Assembly: GCA_963772725.1 (NCBI GenBank)
Contig: CAVYYI010000002.1
Coordinates: 32,001 to 96,000 of the forward strand
DNA length: 64,000 bases
Direction: 5' to 3'
From: an uncultured Phycisphaerales bacterium
Lineage (GTDB): Bacteria; Planctomycetota; Phycisphaerae; Sedimentisphaerales; Anaerobacaceae
Below, piece by piece: positions 1-9,571 of this stretch. A program made the position numbers and the translations under genes. The first letter of the stretch is position 1, and every line of letters begins with the position of its first letter. The notes under the pieces were generated by a model that worked only from the letters and a program-made list of their open reading frames with translations, did not search any database and was not told the DNA's origin.

Positions 1-383
1 CGTCGCCGTTCGAAATCCCCGCAGGCCATACTGTAAATTTTTTGCGAAAGCGGTACAGATTGCCTTTCATATCTGCTGGGGGCGTTTATCGCGTTGATAT
101 CGATGTCGTTCGGGTCAACGGTCGGCGGCACCTCGGTTGGGCTAACGTTTTTTTTCTGCAGCAGGATTTCAATTCGGGCTTTGGCGTCGTTGACAACGGC
201 GATATCGGTCAGCCCATCACCGTCAAAGTCGGCGGTTTTCAGGTTGCTTATGCCCCAGTTCAGCTTGACGATATCCATCTCGCCGAACCCGTAATTGGCT
301 GAAATATCATTCGCCTCGCCCCTGCCAATTGAGCCGCAAGTCATTGTGAATACTATAATTACAATCGCCTTTATTTTTCGCAC
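1..383 (-). CDS. FG-GAP/VCBS repeat-containing secreted protein (5' part, runs off the window)
   Basis: Minus-strand frame read by hand: GGAG RBS, GTG start at 383, signal-like N-terminus MRKIKAIVIIVFTMTCG, then FG-GAP-type motifs ADFDGDGLTDIAVVN and ACGDF. Absent from the ORF track because it is truncated. Confidence 0.75.
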   Translation of the reverse strand, partial: MRKIKAIVIIVFTMTCGSIGRGEANDISANYGFGEMDIVKLNWGISNLKTADFDGDGLTDIAVVNDAKARIEILLQKKNVSPTEVPPTVDPNDIDINAINAPSRYERQSVPLSQKIYSMACGDFERR

Positions 384-555
384 GGCTGTTTCTCCACCAA
401 ATTGAACCATATTATTTTCCCATCGCTGAACCTGTTTTGTTGATAATTACAAACTCTTAATATACACAATTATCCCCTGTTCGGCAAATAATAATTCGCC
501 GCTCGATGGGAAACGAACACCGAGCGACGAAAACTTTGGAAAATCGTCATTTTTT

Positions 556-579
556 TTTAACACTATATATAGTGTTAAA
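556..579. promoter_or_regulatory. 24-bp perfect palindrome resembling an NrdR-type operator
   Basis: TTTAACACTATATATAGTGTTAAA is its own reverse complement. A related site, ACACAAGATATAGTGG, lies at 806-821. Confidence 0.4.
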
Positions 580-883
580 TGGCAAAAAAAAATTTCTTAA
601 TATATATTCCTCATTTTTAAGTATGAGGAGGCTGTTTTTATGGCGGACGTTGGATGAAAAATGTGTTTGCCGCATTGATAAAACTACCTATCTTCTTTCC
701 TATAAAGGCTTTATATAAATATAAAACTTTTCTAAAGTTTTATAGATTGCTGTGTCGATACCAATACTGTTAAATGAGTTTGTGCCTCAAAGGGAATTGG
801 GGGACACACAAGATATAGTGGTTATAGGCCTTGGAAAAACACCGGATGTTTATCCGAGGCTTCTGCAAGGTATTTAGGATATT

Positions 884-1147
884 ATGAGACCTGATTGCAA
901 TAATTATCGCGAAGAAAATGAGTTCAATGAAACATTGGCTGGCAACGAGGATTTACTTATGGAACAAATCCTTGAAAACATAACAAATACGCCCATCGGC
1001 CAGGTACTGCAGAAAATCGCCTCCCTTCCCGAGGTTCGCAAAGAGAAAGTCCTTGATGTACGCCGACAATTGACAGAACACTGCTACGATATAAACAACA
1101 GGCTTGACGCCGCCTTAGACAAAGTTATTGAGGACCTTACCGTATAA
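884..1147 (+). CDS. FlgM-like (anti-sigma-28) small protein
   Basis: C-terminal LPEVRKEKVLDVRRQLTEHCYDINNRLDAALDKVIEDL resembles the FlgM sigma-binding region; AGGA RBS. Confidence 0.55.
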   Translation: MRPDCNNYREENEFNETLAGNEDLLMEQILENITNTPIGQVLQKIASLPEVRKEKVLDVRRQLTEHCYDINNRLDAALDKVIEDLTV

Positions 1148-1230
1148 GGTTTAAGTTTGCCGGACTAAGCCATCCTATCACATCCCTAAAGGTGTCAACC
1201 AAATATTTATATTTCCGCTTTTTGTGGTTT

Positions 1231-1669
1231 TTATATGATTTCCGGGATGTCGTCGTCAGGCTCTTCAATCTCAACCGGTTTATAGCCGGGCTGCTTTCGA
1301 CTTTTCCAGCTCTTCTGTGAAAGCGGCAGTAATTTTATCCTGAATTCTCTGCCTGCACTCGGCGTTTATCGGATGCGCAATGTCGGCGTGCAGTTTCATT
1401 CTGCCTTTAGCATCTTTTCTGACACGGTCTTCCGAAAGCTGAGCCCCGCAGTTATTGCAGTACCTGGCTTTGAGGTGGTTCTTGCTTCCGCACTTATCGC
1501 AATGGTCGCTCATCTTCCTCGAAGGCATGGCAACGAAATAACCATTTGTACCCTCGATAATCTTGATGTCGCGAATGACAAACTCATTGTCGATCGTTAC
1601 CGAGCAGAAAGCCTTTAACCTGTCGTCTTTGTTGTTGATTAACTTGACTCTAACTTCAGTGATTTCCAT
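1231..1669 (-). CDS. spoVG: SpoVG family nucleic-acid-binding regulator with a zinc-ribbon insert (1-nt indel near the 3' end)
   Basis: [10 protein letters not shown]...[23 protein letters not shown]...FVAMPSRK...HADIAHPIN, with a CxxC...CxxC insert. Removing one base near 1296 gives the tail [22 protein letters not shown] and a stop at 1231. Confidence 0.9.
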
Positions 1670-1691
1670 ATTCTTTGCCTCGCTAAAAAGT

Positions 1692-2633
1692 TTACCATCT
1701 GTTGTTACTCACAACAATGCTTTTGCAACCTGAAATTCCCCCTATCTTTTGTTGATACTCACCAAGATTTGCTTTAGCCTTTTTATTCATAATATAATAC
1801 AGCGTCGAACCGCTACCGCTAAGGCACAATGGCCTAAGTCCCCACGATTCAACCTTACTTTTTAACTCAGCCAGTTCCGTATGTAAACGGAAGCAACACG
1901 GCGCAAGCATATTTGCCCATATTTTCGCAATTAAATCAACTCTGTTTTTTTCAAGACAGCGATTTATTCTGGGACTTAACTTTTTATAGATACTCTTATC
2001 GTGGATATAATTGCTATAAACCTTTTTAGTAGAAACACTTACGTCAGGAAGTATAAGGATGGCATCAAAGTCGAATTTTTTATTCAAACGTGTGATTTTT
2101 TCGCCTTTGCCCCTGCAAAAAGATAATGGTCCAGCTAAAAAGAAGGCCACATCGCTTCCGAGAAGAGCGGCCATTTCTCTCATCTGTTTGATAGTTACAT
2201 CCAGTCCGAGGAATTTTTTGACACCGACAAGCGTTGCCGCCGCGTCACTGCTGGCAGAGCCGAGGCCGGAACCTGCAGGTATATTTTTAGTTAAAGTGAT
2301 TTTAAGATTGGCTTTTGAATCGCAGGCGTCAAGGAGCATTCGGCAGGCTTTGTATATCAGATTTTCTTTTCCCTGCGGCGCCCAGTATGGTCCTGTGCTG
2401 ATAACCTCGATACCTTTTTTTCTGGCGTGTTCGATGAGAATCTCATCGAACCAGTTAATTTTGGCCATTACGGTTTCAATTTCATGAAAACCGTCTGGAC
2501 GTTTGCCCGCTATCAGGAGGCTTAGATTAATCTTCGCCGGAGCGCGTATCAATAATCCTTGTCCCACAGCGGTGAACCGCTGTTTACCGTTATATCTTCG
2601 CTGTTCTATGTCAATCCTTCCAATCATATACAT
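1692..2633 (-). CDS. ispE: 4-diphosphocytidyl-2-C-methyl-D-erythritol kinase
   Basis: [44 protein letters not shown] and LSGSGST motifs; start uncertain. Confidence 0.93.
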   Translation of the reverse strand: MYMIGRIDIEQRRYNGKQRFTAVGQGLLIRAPAKINLSLLIAGKRPDGFHEIETVMAKINWFDEILIEHARKKGIEVISTGPYWAPQGKENLIYKACRMLLDACDSKANLKITLTKNIPAGSGLGSASSDAAATLVGVKKFLGLDVTIKQMREMAALLGSDVAFFLAGPLSFCRGKGEKITRLNKKFDFDAILILPDVSVSTKKVYSNYIHDKSIYKKLSPRINRCLEKNRVDLIAKIWANMLAPCCFRLHTELAELKSKVESWGLRPLCLSGSGSTLYYIMNKKAKANLGEYQQKIGGISGCKSIVVSNNRW

Positions 2634-2765
2634 CACCGATAATTGTTGACAATATAACAAATTGGCCTTATCTTGAGAACAAAAATTTAAGCTAAAAAGA
2701 GTTATACCGCCGCACCTAAGACGCGGTAAATTAAAAGGTAATCAGACACGGAGTAATTTAACATT

Positions 2766-3437
2766 ATGTTGGCATCCGGCAATTTTATAGATTTTGTTCT
2801 TCATTTTGATAAGCACCTTCCTGCTATTATGGACAGTTTCGGGATTTGGTGTTATCTGCTGTTTTTCCTTGTTATTTTCGCGGAAACTGGTTTGGTGGTA
2901 ACGCCATTTCTTCCAGGAGATTCGCTGCTTTTTGCGCTCGGGACATTCGCCGCGGCTGGCTCTCTTGATGTTACGTGGCTTTTTGTTATTCTTTCTGCGG
3001 CGGCGGTGCTTGGCGACAGCGCTAATTATGCCATTGGCAAATATTTCGGCGATTTTATATTAAAGAAAGAAGGCTCGTGGTTCCTTAAAAAAGAGCATAT
3101 AGAGCGCACACACAAATTTTATGAGAAATACGGAGCCAAGACCATTGTGCTGGCAAGATTTGTGCCGATAGTCCGCACATTTGCGCCGTTTGTGGCTGGG
3201 GTGGGCAAGATGAGTTATCTGAAGTTTTTCTCTTACAATGTAATTGGCGGCGTCGCCTGGATTTCGCTATTTATTTTCGGCGGTTACTTGTTCGGAAATA
3301 TTCCAATCATTAAAAATAATTTCACAATCACAATCTTTGTTATAATAATACTATCGATTATGCCCGCAGTAATTGAGGTTATACGGCATAAAATGCAGAA
3401 AAAGACGCAACACACAAGTCCCAAGACGCAAGACTAA
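2766..3437 (+). CDS. dedA: DedA family membrane protein
   Basis: FAETGLVVTPFLPGDSLLF and ARFVPIVRTFAPFVAG motifs. Confidence 0.93.
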   Translation: MLASGNFIDFVLHFDKHLPAIMDSFGIWCYLLFFLVIFAETGLVVTPFLPGDSLLFALGTFAAAGSLDVTWLFVILSAAAVLGDSANYAIGKYFGDFILKKEGSWFLKKEHIERTHKFYEKYGAKTIVLARFVPIVRTFAPFVAGVGKMSYLKFFSYNVIGGVAWISLFIFGGYLFGNIPIIKNNFTITIFVIIILSIMPAVIEVIRHKMQKKTQHTSPKTQD

Positions 3438-3450
3438 ATTTAAAAAGATT

Positions 3451-4045
3451 TTCACCACCAAGACCCCAAGACACGAAAGTATTTTTCCCGCAAAGAAGCA
3501 AAAGCCGCAAAGTTTTTCTTCTGATTTCTGAGTTCTGTTTTATTAAACACTGATTCCGCTGATACCGCTGATTTTTAACTCAAAACTAATAATGGACACT
3601 GATTCACACCGATTGACACTGTTTTAGCGGGGTTAATTTGTCAAATATGACGCTTGATAAATGATTTTTCAAGCATGAAATGCGGCATATCAAGTTCACA
3701 TCGAGCCAATGTAAGTTTACGACGGCTTAAAGCCGATTTACAGCGGACCAATGCAAATCTTCATCGGTAAAATGCAAATTTACATCCCATAACTGCAAAT
3801 TTGCAATGGCTCAATGTAATTTTACATCGGCCAAATGTAAATTTACATCGCAGCGATGTAAATTATCTTTGGTGCAATGCAAACATTAAAAACCGCGTTT
3901 TCAGTATGAAAAAGAGCATTCACCACCAAGATCCCAAGACACGAAGGTATATTTCCCGCAAAGACGCAAAGGCCGCAAAGTTTTTCTTCTGAGTTCTGTA
4001 TTCTAAACTCCGATTTTTGACACTTATTCACACCGATTAACACTG
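3451..4045 (+). repeat. Imperfect direct repeat of a short-doublet repeat cluster (3451-3621 and 3919-4045)
   Basis: TTCACCACCAAGA(C/T)CCCAAGACACGAA...TTTCCCGCAAAGA(A/C)GCAAA(A/G)GCCGCAAAGTTTTTCTTCTGA and GACACT(G/T)ATTCACACCGATT(G/A)ACACTG each occur twice. Confidence 0.85.
3687..3896. repeat. Degenerate 21-bp tandem array (about 9-10 units) with palindromic core ATG(T/C)AAATTT(A/G)CAT
   Basis: Units start at 3708, 3729, 3750, 3771, 3792, 3813, 3834, 3855 and 3876, e.g. AATGTAAATTTACATCGCAGC, AATGCAAATTTACATCCCATA, ACTGCAAATTTGCAATGGCTC. Confidence 0.8.
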
Positions 4046-4175
4046 CAAAAAGTTTTATAATATAAAATCTCCGGCAGTCTTCAATCCAAAATTGAAAATG
4101 GAATCAAACGTAAATCGTTATCGGCATATTAAAAAAAATATAGCTTAAGCTTTACAAATTTGTGAGCTACATCTT

Positions 4176-5234
4176 CTATTTCCATGGTGTCTTCACAATC
4201 TGACGTTCAATACCAGAACGGAACTTGTTAATATATTCATGAAGATTATTCTCGTCGGCAGTCCTCAATGAATGTTGTCCTGGAAGTGGCGTAAGTTCTG
4301 GCCATTGATATTTTGTGTACGGGGTACCAGGTGGGCAATCAATATGAATATGAGGTGGCTTGTGTTCGTTGGTATGAACAAAAATCTGTAGGCCAAAGTT
4401 TTTGGGGAAAGGTTTTGCGACCTGTACAAAAGGAATTGATGGGTCTAAGATGATGTATATAGGCACATGACGTTCTGCCGCATGTCGGAATAGGAACTCA
4501 GCAGGATGCCAAGTGTAGGCTGACGCATCACCGGGCGCCGGAATACAGGTTAGATGGTTGGCCGCTGCCGCTGGTACAGTCATAAAAGCAGAGGCACGCC
4601 GTTCGCCGGCGATAAAACGTGGAGGAATCCATTCTTCAAAATCACGATAACCGGGCCCCTGCTTACGCATCCAGGCAGCGGCTTCTGAGAAGAAAAAATC
4701 ATACCTCGGTATACTACGAAGTGCTCGTGCATTGGCGAGTGCCTCTTCATGCAAACTCGCATCTTTATCACCAAAATAGGTAGTATAGCAAGCTTTTCCA
4801 GTAATAACCTCAATCTTAGATGCTGCATACTCTGCACAGAAGTGAAGAAATTCATGTTGCAGGAGCAGGTTGTAAGCACATTGCAAAACATTTGAATTTA
4901 GTGTGTTCTTCTGTGGCACAAGACGACGCGCGAGTGACCATATGCCTCCCATATGTACATAAACGCCCCAAGCTGTGCGATAGAAATGAAATGGTAGATA
5001 ATAGGCCAACGCGTCAATAGTTGTACCATTATCAACTAACATTGGTCCATTATTAACTGGAACATCGCCTTCAACCCTGATAATATCATTACCATCAACC
5101 TTGTGCTTTGTTCCTTTTTCTTCGGTGCTTGCCATCCAATCTGGTATAGGAGTTCGAATTATCACGTCAGAAGGTAGGCCTTTATCGGTTCCAAAGCGAT
5201 TCTGTGCAAAATTAATAATTATATCATTTGGCAT
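4176..5234 (-). CDS. Hypothetical protein: HExxH metallopeptidase-like domain fused to a C-terminal DUF4160-like domain
   Basis: QHEFLHF followed by HEEALANA; C-terminal FGLQIFVHTNEHKPPHIHI matches the DUF4160 pattern. Confidence 0.6.
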   Translation of the reverse strand: MPNDIIINFAQNRFGTDKGLPSDVIIRTPIPDWMASTEEKGTKHKVDGNDIIRVEGDVPVNNGPMLVDNGTTIDALAYYLPFHFYRTAWGVYVHMGGIWSLARRLVPQKNTLNSNVLQCAYNLLLQHEFLHFCAEYAASKIEVITGKACYTTYFGDKDASLHEEALANARALRSIPRYDFFFSEAAAWMRKQGPGYRDFEEWIPPRFIAGERRASAFMTVPAAAANHLTCIPAPGDASAYTWHPAEFLFRHAAERHVPIYIILDPSIPFVQVAKPFPKNFGLQIFVHTNEHKPPHIHIDCPPGTPYTKYQWPELTPLPGQHSLRTADENNLHEYINKFRSGIERQIVKTPWK

Positions 5235-6216
5235 TTCGGTTCCTTCTTAATAACATCGCACCGAGGCCGAGAAACAAAAGCGTGGCAGGTTCGGGGACAA
5301 ATGTCTCAGAAATTAGCCTAACTGAACTGAGGTCATCCATGTGGATAGACTTTATCAAATTGCCTTGGGTATCAAACACAGTCAATCCATCTGAACCACC
5401 TATTAGATATGTATTCGTAAACGAGTCATATTGGGCAAATCCAGACGGTCGTCCGCCACAATCAAAGAGTTTATGTGTCTGCTGGGTTTGTAAATTATAT
5501 TCCCAAAGTTCAGTCCATCCGGCATGATTAACGCTTGAAAAACCTATCGCAAGATTACCTGTATGACTCATACAAAGTGAAGTTGGACAATAATCATTAG
5601 GAAACTGCAATTGTGCAATGACCCCTCCTGTGGGCTGACTTCCAGAAGTATCGTAACGCACCAGTTTGTAAGGGGAAAAATATCCCACAGAATATACTAT
5701 GTCACCGTTCACAAAAAGGCCAACATTATTTTTGGCTTGACCATCAAAACCTAATGTTCCAAGGAGATTCCCGTTTTTATCATATCTGTACACAACTTGA
5801 TTAGTATTCCCTGCAACGAACAACTCACCTTTTGTATTAAACCCAATTTGTCCCGTGCCGTATGTTGAAGTAATCGGAGCCGTGAATGGTTCGATAATAG
5901 CATTTCCATTCCCCTGCGGCGTAATTCTTATGACTCGTTTTGCCCATGACATATCACTTAACCAAGTAGTCCCCACATATATTCTGCCTTGGCTATCGTA
6001 GGAAATGCCTATCACGTCTGGCGACACTCCCGATGGCATTGAAGCAACTAATTGGGTACTACCAGTATTGATGTCCACTTTGACGACTTTGCCCGTACTT
6101 GTTGTAACATAAGTGAAAGATGCTATAACACATGGATTCATCATAAAAATAACTACCAGACTTAAAATAACACATAGAAACAGCTTCTTAAAACAAATTG
6201 TAAGTAATCTTCTCAT
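5224..6216 (-). CDS. PEP-CTERM sorting domain protein, probable beta-propeller
   Basis: N-terminal signal peptide; C-terminal VPEPATLLFLGLGAMLLRRNR; repeated DxxGxxYV blade-like motifs; GGAG RBS. Confidence 0.88.
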   Translation of the reverse strand: MRRLLTICFKKLFLCVILSLVVIFMMNPCVIASFTYVTTSTGKVVKVDINTGSTQLVASMPSGVSPDVIGISYDSQGRIYVGTTWLSDMSWAKRVIRITPQGNGNAIIEPFTAPITSTYGTGQIGFNTKGELFVAGNTNQVVYRYDKNGNLLGTLGFDGQAKNNVGLFVNGDIVYSVGYFSPYKLVRYDTSGSQPTGGVIAQLQFPNDYCPTSLCMSHTGNLAIGFSSVNHAGWTELWEYNLQTQQTHKLFDCGGRPSGFAQYDSFTNTYLIGGSDGLTVFDTQGNLIKSIHMDDLSSVRLISETFVPEPATLLFLGLGAMLLRRNRNAK

Positions 6217-6287
6217 CTCGACTTCTCCTTAAAAAATTGTTATCAAACAGCACCATACTGTTTTTTATTTTTCAATCTCTGCGCAAT

Positions 6288-6420
6288 AAAAAAGGGCACC
6301 GCTACATCGTGCCCTGTTGAGGCTTGCGACAGCCTACGGAAGACACGCAAGCAGTGCCCCGTTTCGGGGCACTGACTTTGTGTGCGATCTTCCGTTTTGA
6401 AATGTCGCAATTTCAACAGG
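6288..6420 (-). promoter_or_regulatory. Structured leader: long interrupted hairpin overlapping an intrinsic terminator (candidate attenuator or antisense target)
   Basis: Nested complementary pairs 6313-6320/6413-6420, 6324-6331/6403-6410 and 6336-6343/6388-6395, apical CAGTGCCCC/GGGGCACTG, and a terminator GGGCAC-N9-GTGCCC-T6 on the minus strand. Confidence 0.6.
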
Positions 6421-6584
6421 AACGCCAAAAGTTCAGTACAAATACTACTAAAATTTTAAAAGAACATAAAATCAGGGTTGCCCATTCCGCGTGACATTAA
6501 ATTTAGCACAAAATAAAGAATATTGCAAGCATAAAATAACGATAAATAGCGATAAATTTGAAAAAATATTATGAAAATCCCCAT

Positions 6585-6725
6585 AAAACTGTGTCAATCC
6601 GTGTAATCAGCGATTAAAATTCGTCTTGGGTCGCGAGTCTTGCGTCTTGAGTCTGAATTACTCTGCGGCTTTTGCATCTTGGCGGGAAATAAAAACTGTG
6701 TTAATTCGTATTCATTCGTGTTAAA
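6585..6725 (-). repeat. Inverted copy of the 3.4-4.0 kb short-doublet repeat cluster
   Basis: The reverse complement of 6660-6690 is ATTTCCCGCCAAGATGCAAAAGCCGCAGAGT. GTCTTGCGTCTTG mirrors CAAGACGCAAGAC (3422-3434), and 6585-6612 mirrors 3596-3625. Confidence 0.75.
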
Positions 6726-6733
6726 ATAAGCGT

Positions 6734-7294
6734 ATGAATGAGACTCAGAGACAAACGCTTTTGAAGGTTGCACACGATACAGTTAAGGCGGTGGTTAGCT
6801 GTAAGCCAGCGCCAAAAGCAAAAACCGCGGACGGTGAACTCCATACTCAATGCGGGTGTTTTGTAACATTGAAAAACGGCGAGCAGCTTCGCGGCTGCAT
6901 TGGGCAATTTGTTTCTGATAAGCCGTTGATTGAGCTGGTTTCTGAAATGGCCGTTGCGTCTGCTACCGGCGACCCGAGGTTTTTCGGAAATCAGATTAGC
7001 GCCGATGAGCTGGAAGAACTGGATATTGAAATTTCGGTTCTTTCGCCTTTGAAGCGGACAAATAATCCGCTGAGTCTTCGTTTGGGGGTTGACGGAATCT
7101 ACATAAAAAAGGGCTGCACGTCGGGCTGTTTTCTGCCTCAGGTGGCGACGGAAACAGGCTGGACAAAAAAGCAGTTCCTTTCCTATTGCTGCTCGCACAA
7201 GGCGGGCCTTGCCGCAGACGCATGGAAAGACCCCAAAACAGAGGTGTATTTATTTACCGCTGAGGTATTCGGGGCATCGTTTAAGAATATCTGA
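6734..7294 (+). CDS. amrA: AMMECR1 domain protein (AmmeMemoRadiSam system protein A)
   Basis: GCFVTL...LRGCIG, DPRF, EISVLSP, FLPQVATE and KAGL motifs. Confidence 0.92.
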   Translation: MNETQRQTLLKVAHDTVKAVVSCKPAPKAKTADGELHTQCGCFVTLKNGEQLRGCIGQFVSDKPLIELVSEMAVASATGDPRFFGNQISADELEELDIEISVLSPLKRTNNPLSLRLGVDGIYIKKGCTSGCFLPQVATETGWTKKQFLSYCCSHKAGLAADAWKDPKTEVYLFTAEVFGASFKNI

Positions 7295-7436
7295 AAAAAA
7301 ATTCACCGTGAAGAAGTACGAGGAATATTAGGGAACAGTTACTTTGCATTTTTGAATGTTGCCAAGCCGGTACACTGCGGATATAATTATCCTGTGTTTT
7401 TAATACCGTATGAGACAAAATCATAGGAGAATTAAA

Positions 7437-9542
7437 ATGTCTGACTCTTACGAATCAATAGTGGAAATCTTCGGTTCCAATGTTTTTAACGATAAGGTGA
7501 TGCACGAGCGTCTGCCTGCCAGTGTATATAAGTCATTAAAGCGTGCTATCGAAGGCCAGGGAACGCTGGACTCCAGCACCGCTAATGTGATAGCCAACGC
7601 GATGAAAGACTGGGCAATCGAAAAAGGAGCGACACATTTTTGTCACTGGTTTCAGCCGATGACAGGTCTGACCGCGGAAAAGCAGGATTCATTTATTTCG
7701 CCAACCACTGAGGGTGGCACGATAATGGAATTCAGCGGCAGGGAACTTATCAAGGGTGAGCCGGACGCATCTTCGTTTCCATCGGGCGGTCTTCGCGCGA
7801 CATTTGAGGCTCGCGGCTACACTGCGTGGGACTGCACTTCGCCGGTTTTTGTCAAGGAAAGCGGAAAAAATATTACACTGTATATACCATGCGCTTTCTG
7901 TTCTTATACGGGACACGCACTGGACAAAAAAACCCCGCTTCTTCGCTCAATGGACGCACTAAACAGGCAGGGAGTACGTGTTCTTCACGCACTGGGCAAA
8001 AAGGCATCAAAACGGGTCATAGGAACACTCGGACCGGAGCAGGAATATTTTCTGGTTGACCGGACTTATTTTGAGAAGCGCCTTGACCTTGTTTTGACGG
8101 GAAGGACGCTTTTCGGGGCGTTGCCTCCGCGAGGCCAGGAACTGGAAGACCATTATTTCGGCACCTTGCATGAGCGAGTTGCCAGCTTTATGCACGAAGT
8201 CAATATCGAATTATGGAAGCTTGGCGTATCGGCCAAAACGCAGCATAATGAAGTTGCCCCGCGCAATACGAGCTTGCCCCGATTTTTTCGACTGTTAATG
8301 TCGCTACCGACCATAACCAATTGACGATGGAAATACTCCAGAAAGTTGCGCTTCGGCATCATTTTGTGTGTTTGCTGCATGAGAAGCCATTTGCGGGAAT
8401 AAACGGTTCGGGAAAGCACAATAACTGGAGTATGGTAACGGACGACGGCATTAATCTGCTTGACCCGGGCAAGACCCCGCACGACAACATGATTTTTCTT
8501 GTGATGCTTTGTGCTGTGGTTAAAGCTGTGGATAAGTTCGCCAACCTTTTGCGCACAGCGTCGCTACTCCAGGCAATGAGCATCGGCTTGGCGCCAGTGA
8601 GGCACCTCCGGCGATTGTGTCAATTTATCTTGGCGAGCAGTTGACTGATATTTTTGAGCAGCTTGCCTCAGGCGGTGCGAAGTCATCCAGACAGGGCGGT
8701 GAATTAAAACTCGGTATTTCAACGCTTCCGCCTTTGTCTAAGGACACAACAGACCGCAACCGGACGTCGCCGTTCGCGTTTACCGGCAACAAGTTTGAGT
8801 TTCGTATGGTAGGTTCTTCGCAATCAACCGCCGGGCCAACCTTTGTGCTTAATACGATAGTTGCGGAGATAATGTCGGAGATTGCGGATGAGCTGGAAAA
8901 AGCCAAAGATGTCAAGGCCGCGGTTCAGAAAATCTTGCAGAAAATCGCGAAAGAACACCGCAGGGTGATATATAACGGCGACAACTATACCGCACAATGG
9001 CAGCAGGAAGCGAAAAAACGCGGGCTGGGAAATATGCCTTCCGCGGTCGATGCCCTTAACACTATAATGGATAAACAAAATGTAGAGATTTTTGAGAAAC
9101 ATCGCGTCTTGAGCGAGGCTGAGTTGCATGCCCGCGCAGAGATATTATTGGAAAACTATATCAAGACATTGAATATCGAGGCCCTTACGATGCTGAATAT
9201 CGCCAGGCGACAGATAATTCCCGCTGTTATGACTTATTCAGGCCGTTTGGCCGATGTTGTCAAGTCACTCGATTCAGTCAAAGTAAAAGCTGATGCGCAG
9301 CGTGATGTTCTCGGCAGAGTCAGCAAACTTGTAAATTCTTTGCAGGATAAAGTCGAAGCTCTTCAGGCTGCGGTTGGCAAGGCCGCTAAAATTGAAAATG
9401 GCGCAAAGCGGCGCAAGGCTACCGCGATTATGTTATTCCCGTGATGCAGGCTGTGCGTTCGATATCTGACGAGTTGGAATCTCTCGTCGATGCGCACCTG
9501 TGGCCTCTGCCGACTTATGCCGAAATGCTGTTTCTAAAGTAA
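7437..9542 (+). CDS. glnN: Glutamine synthetase type III (three apparent frameshifts)
   Basis: [85 protein letters not shown] and terminal [11 protein letters not shown], spread over four frames with shifts near 8262, 8560 and 9415. Confidence 0.92.
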
Positions 9543-9571
9543 ATCTAAGGATAACAAAACACTGAATCTTT

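Noticed and set aside
411..883. Replication origin
   Set aside because: AT-rich, but no cluster of DnaA boxes is visible and no dnaA-type neighbours are present.
3687..3896. CRISPR array
   Set aside because: Units are contiguous 21-mers with no unique spacers of CRISPR length, and there are no cas genes in the window.
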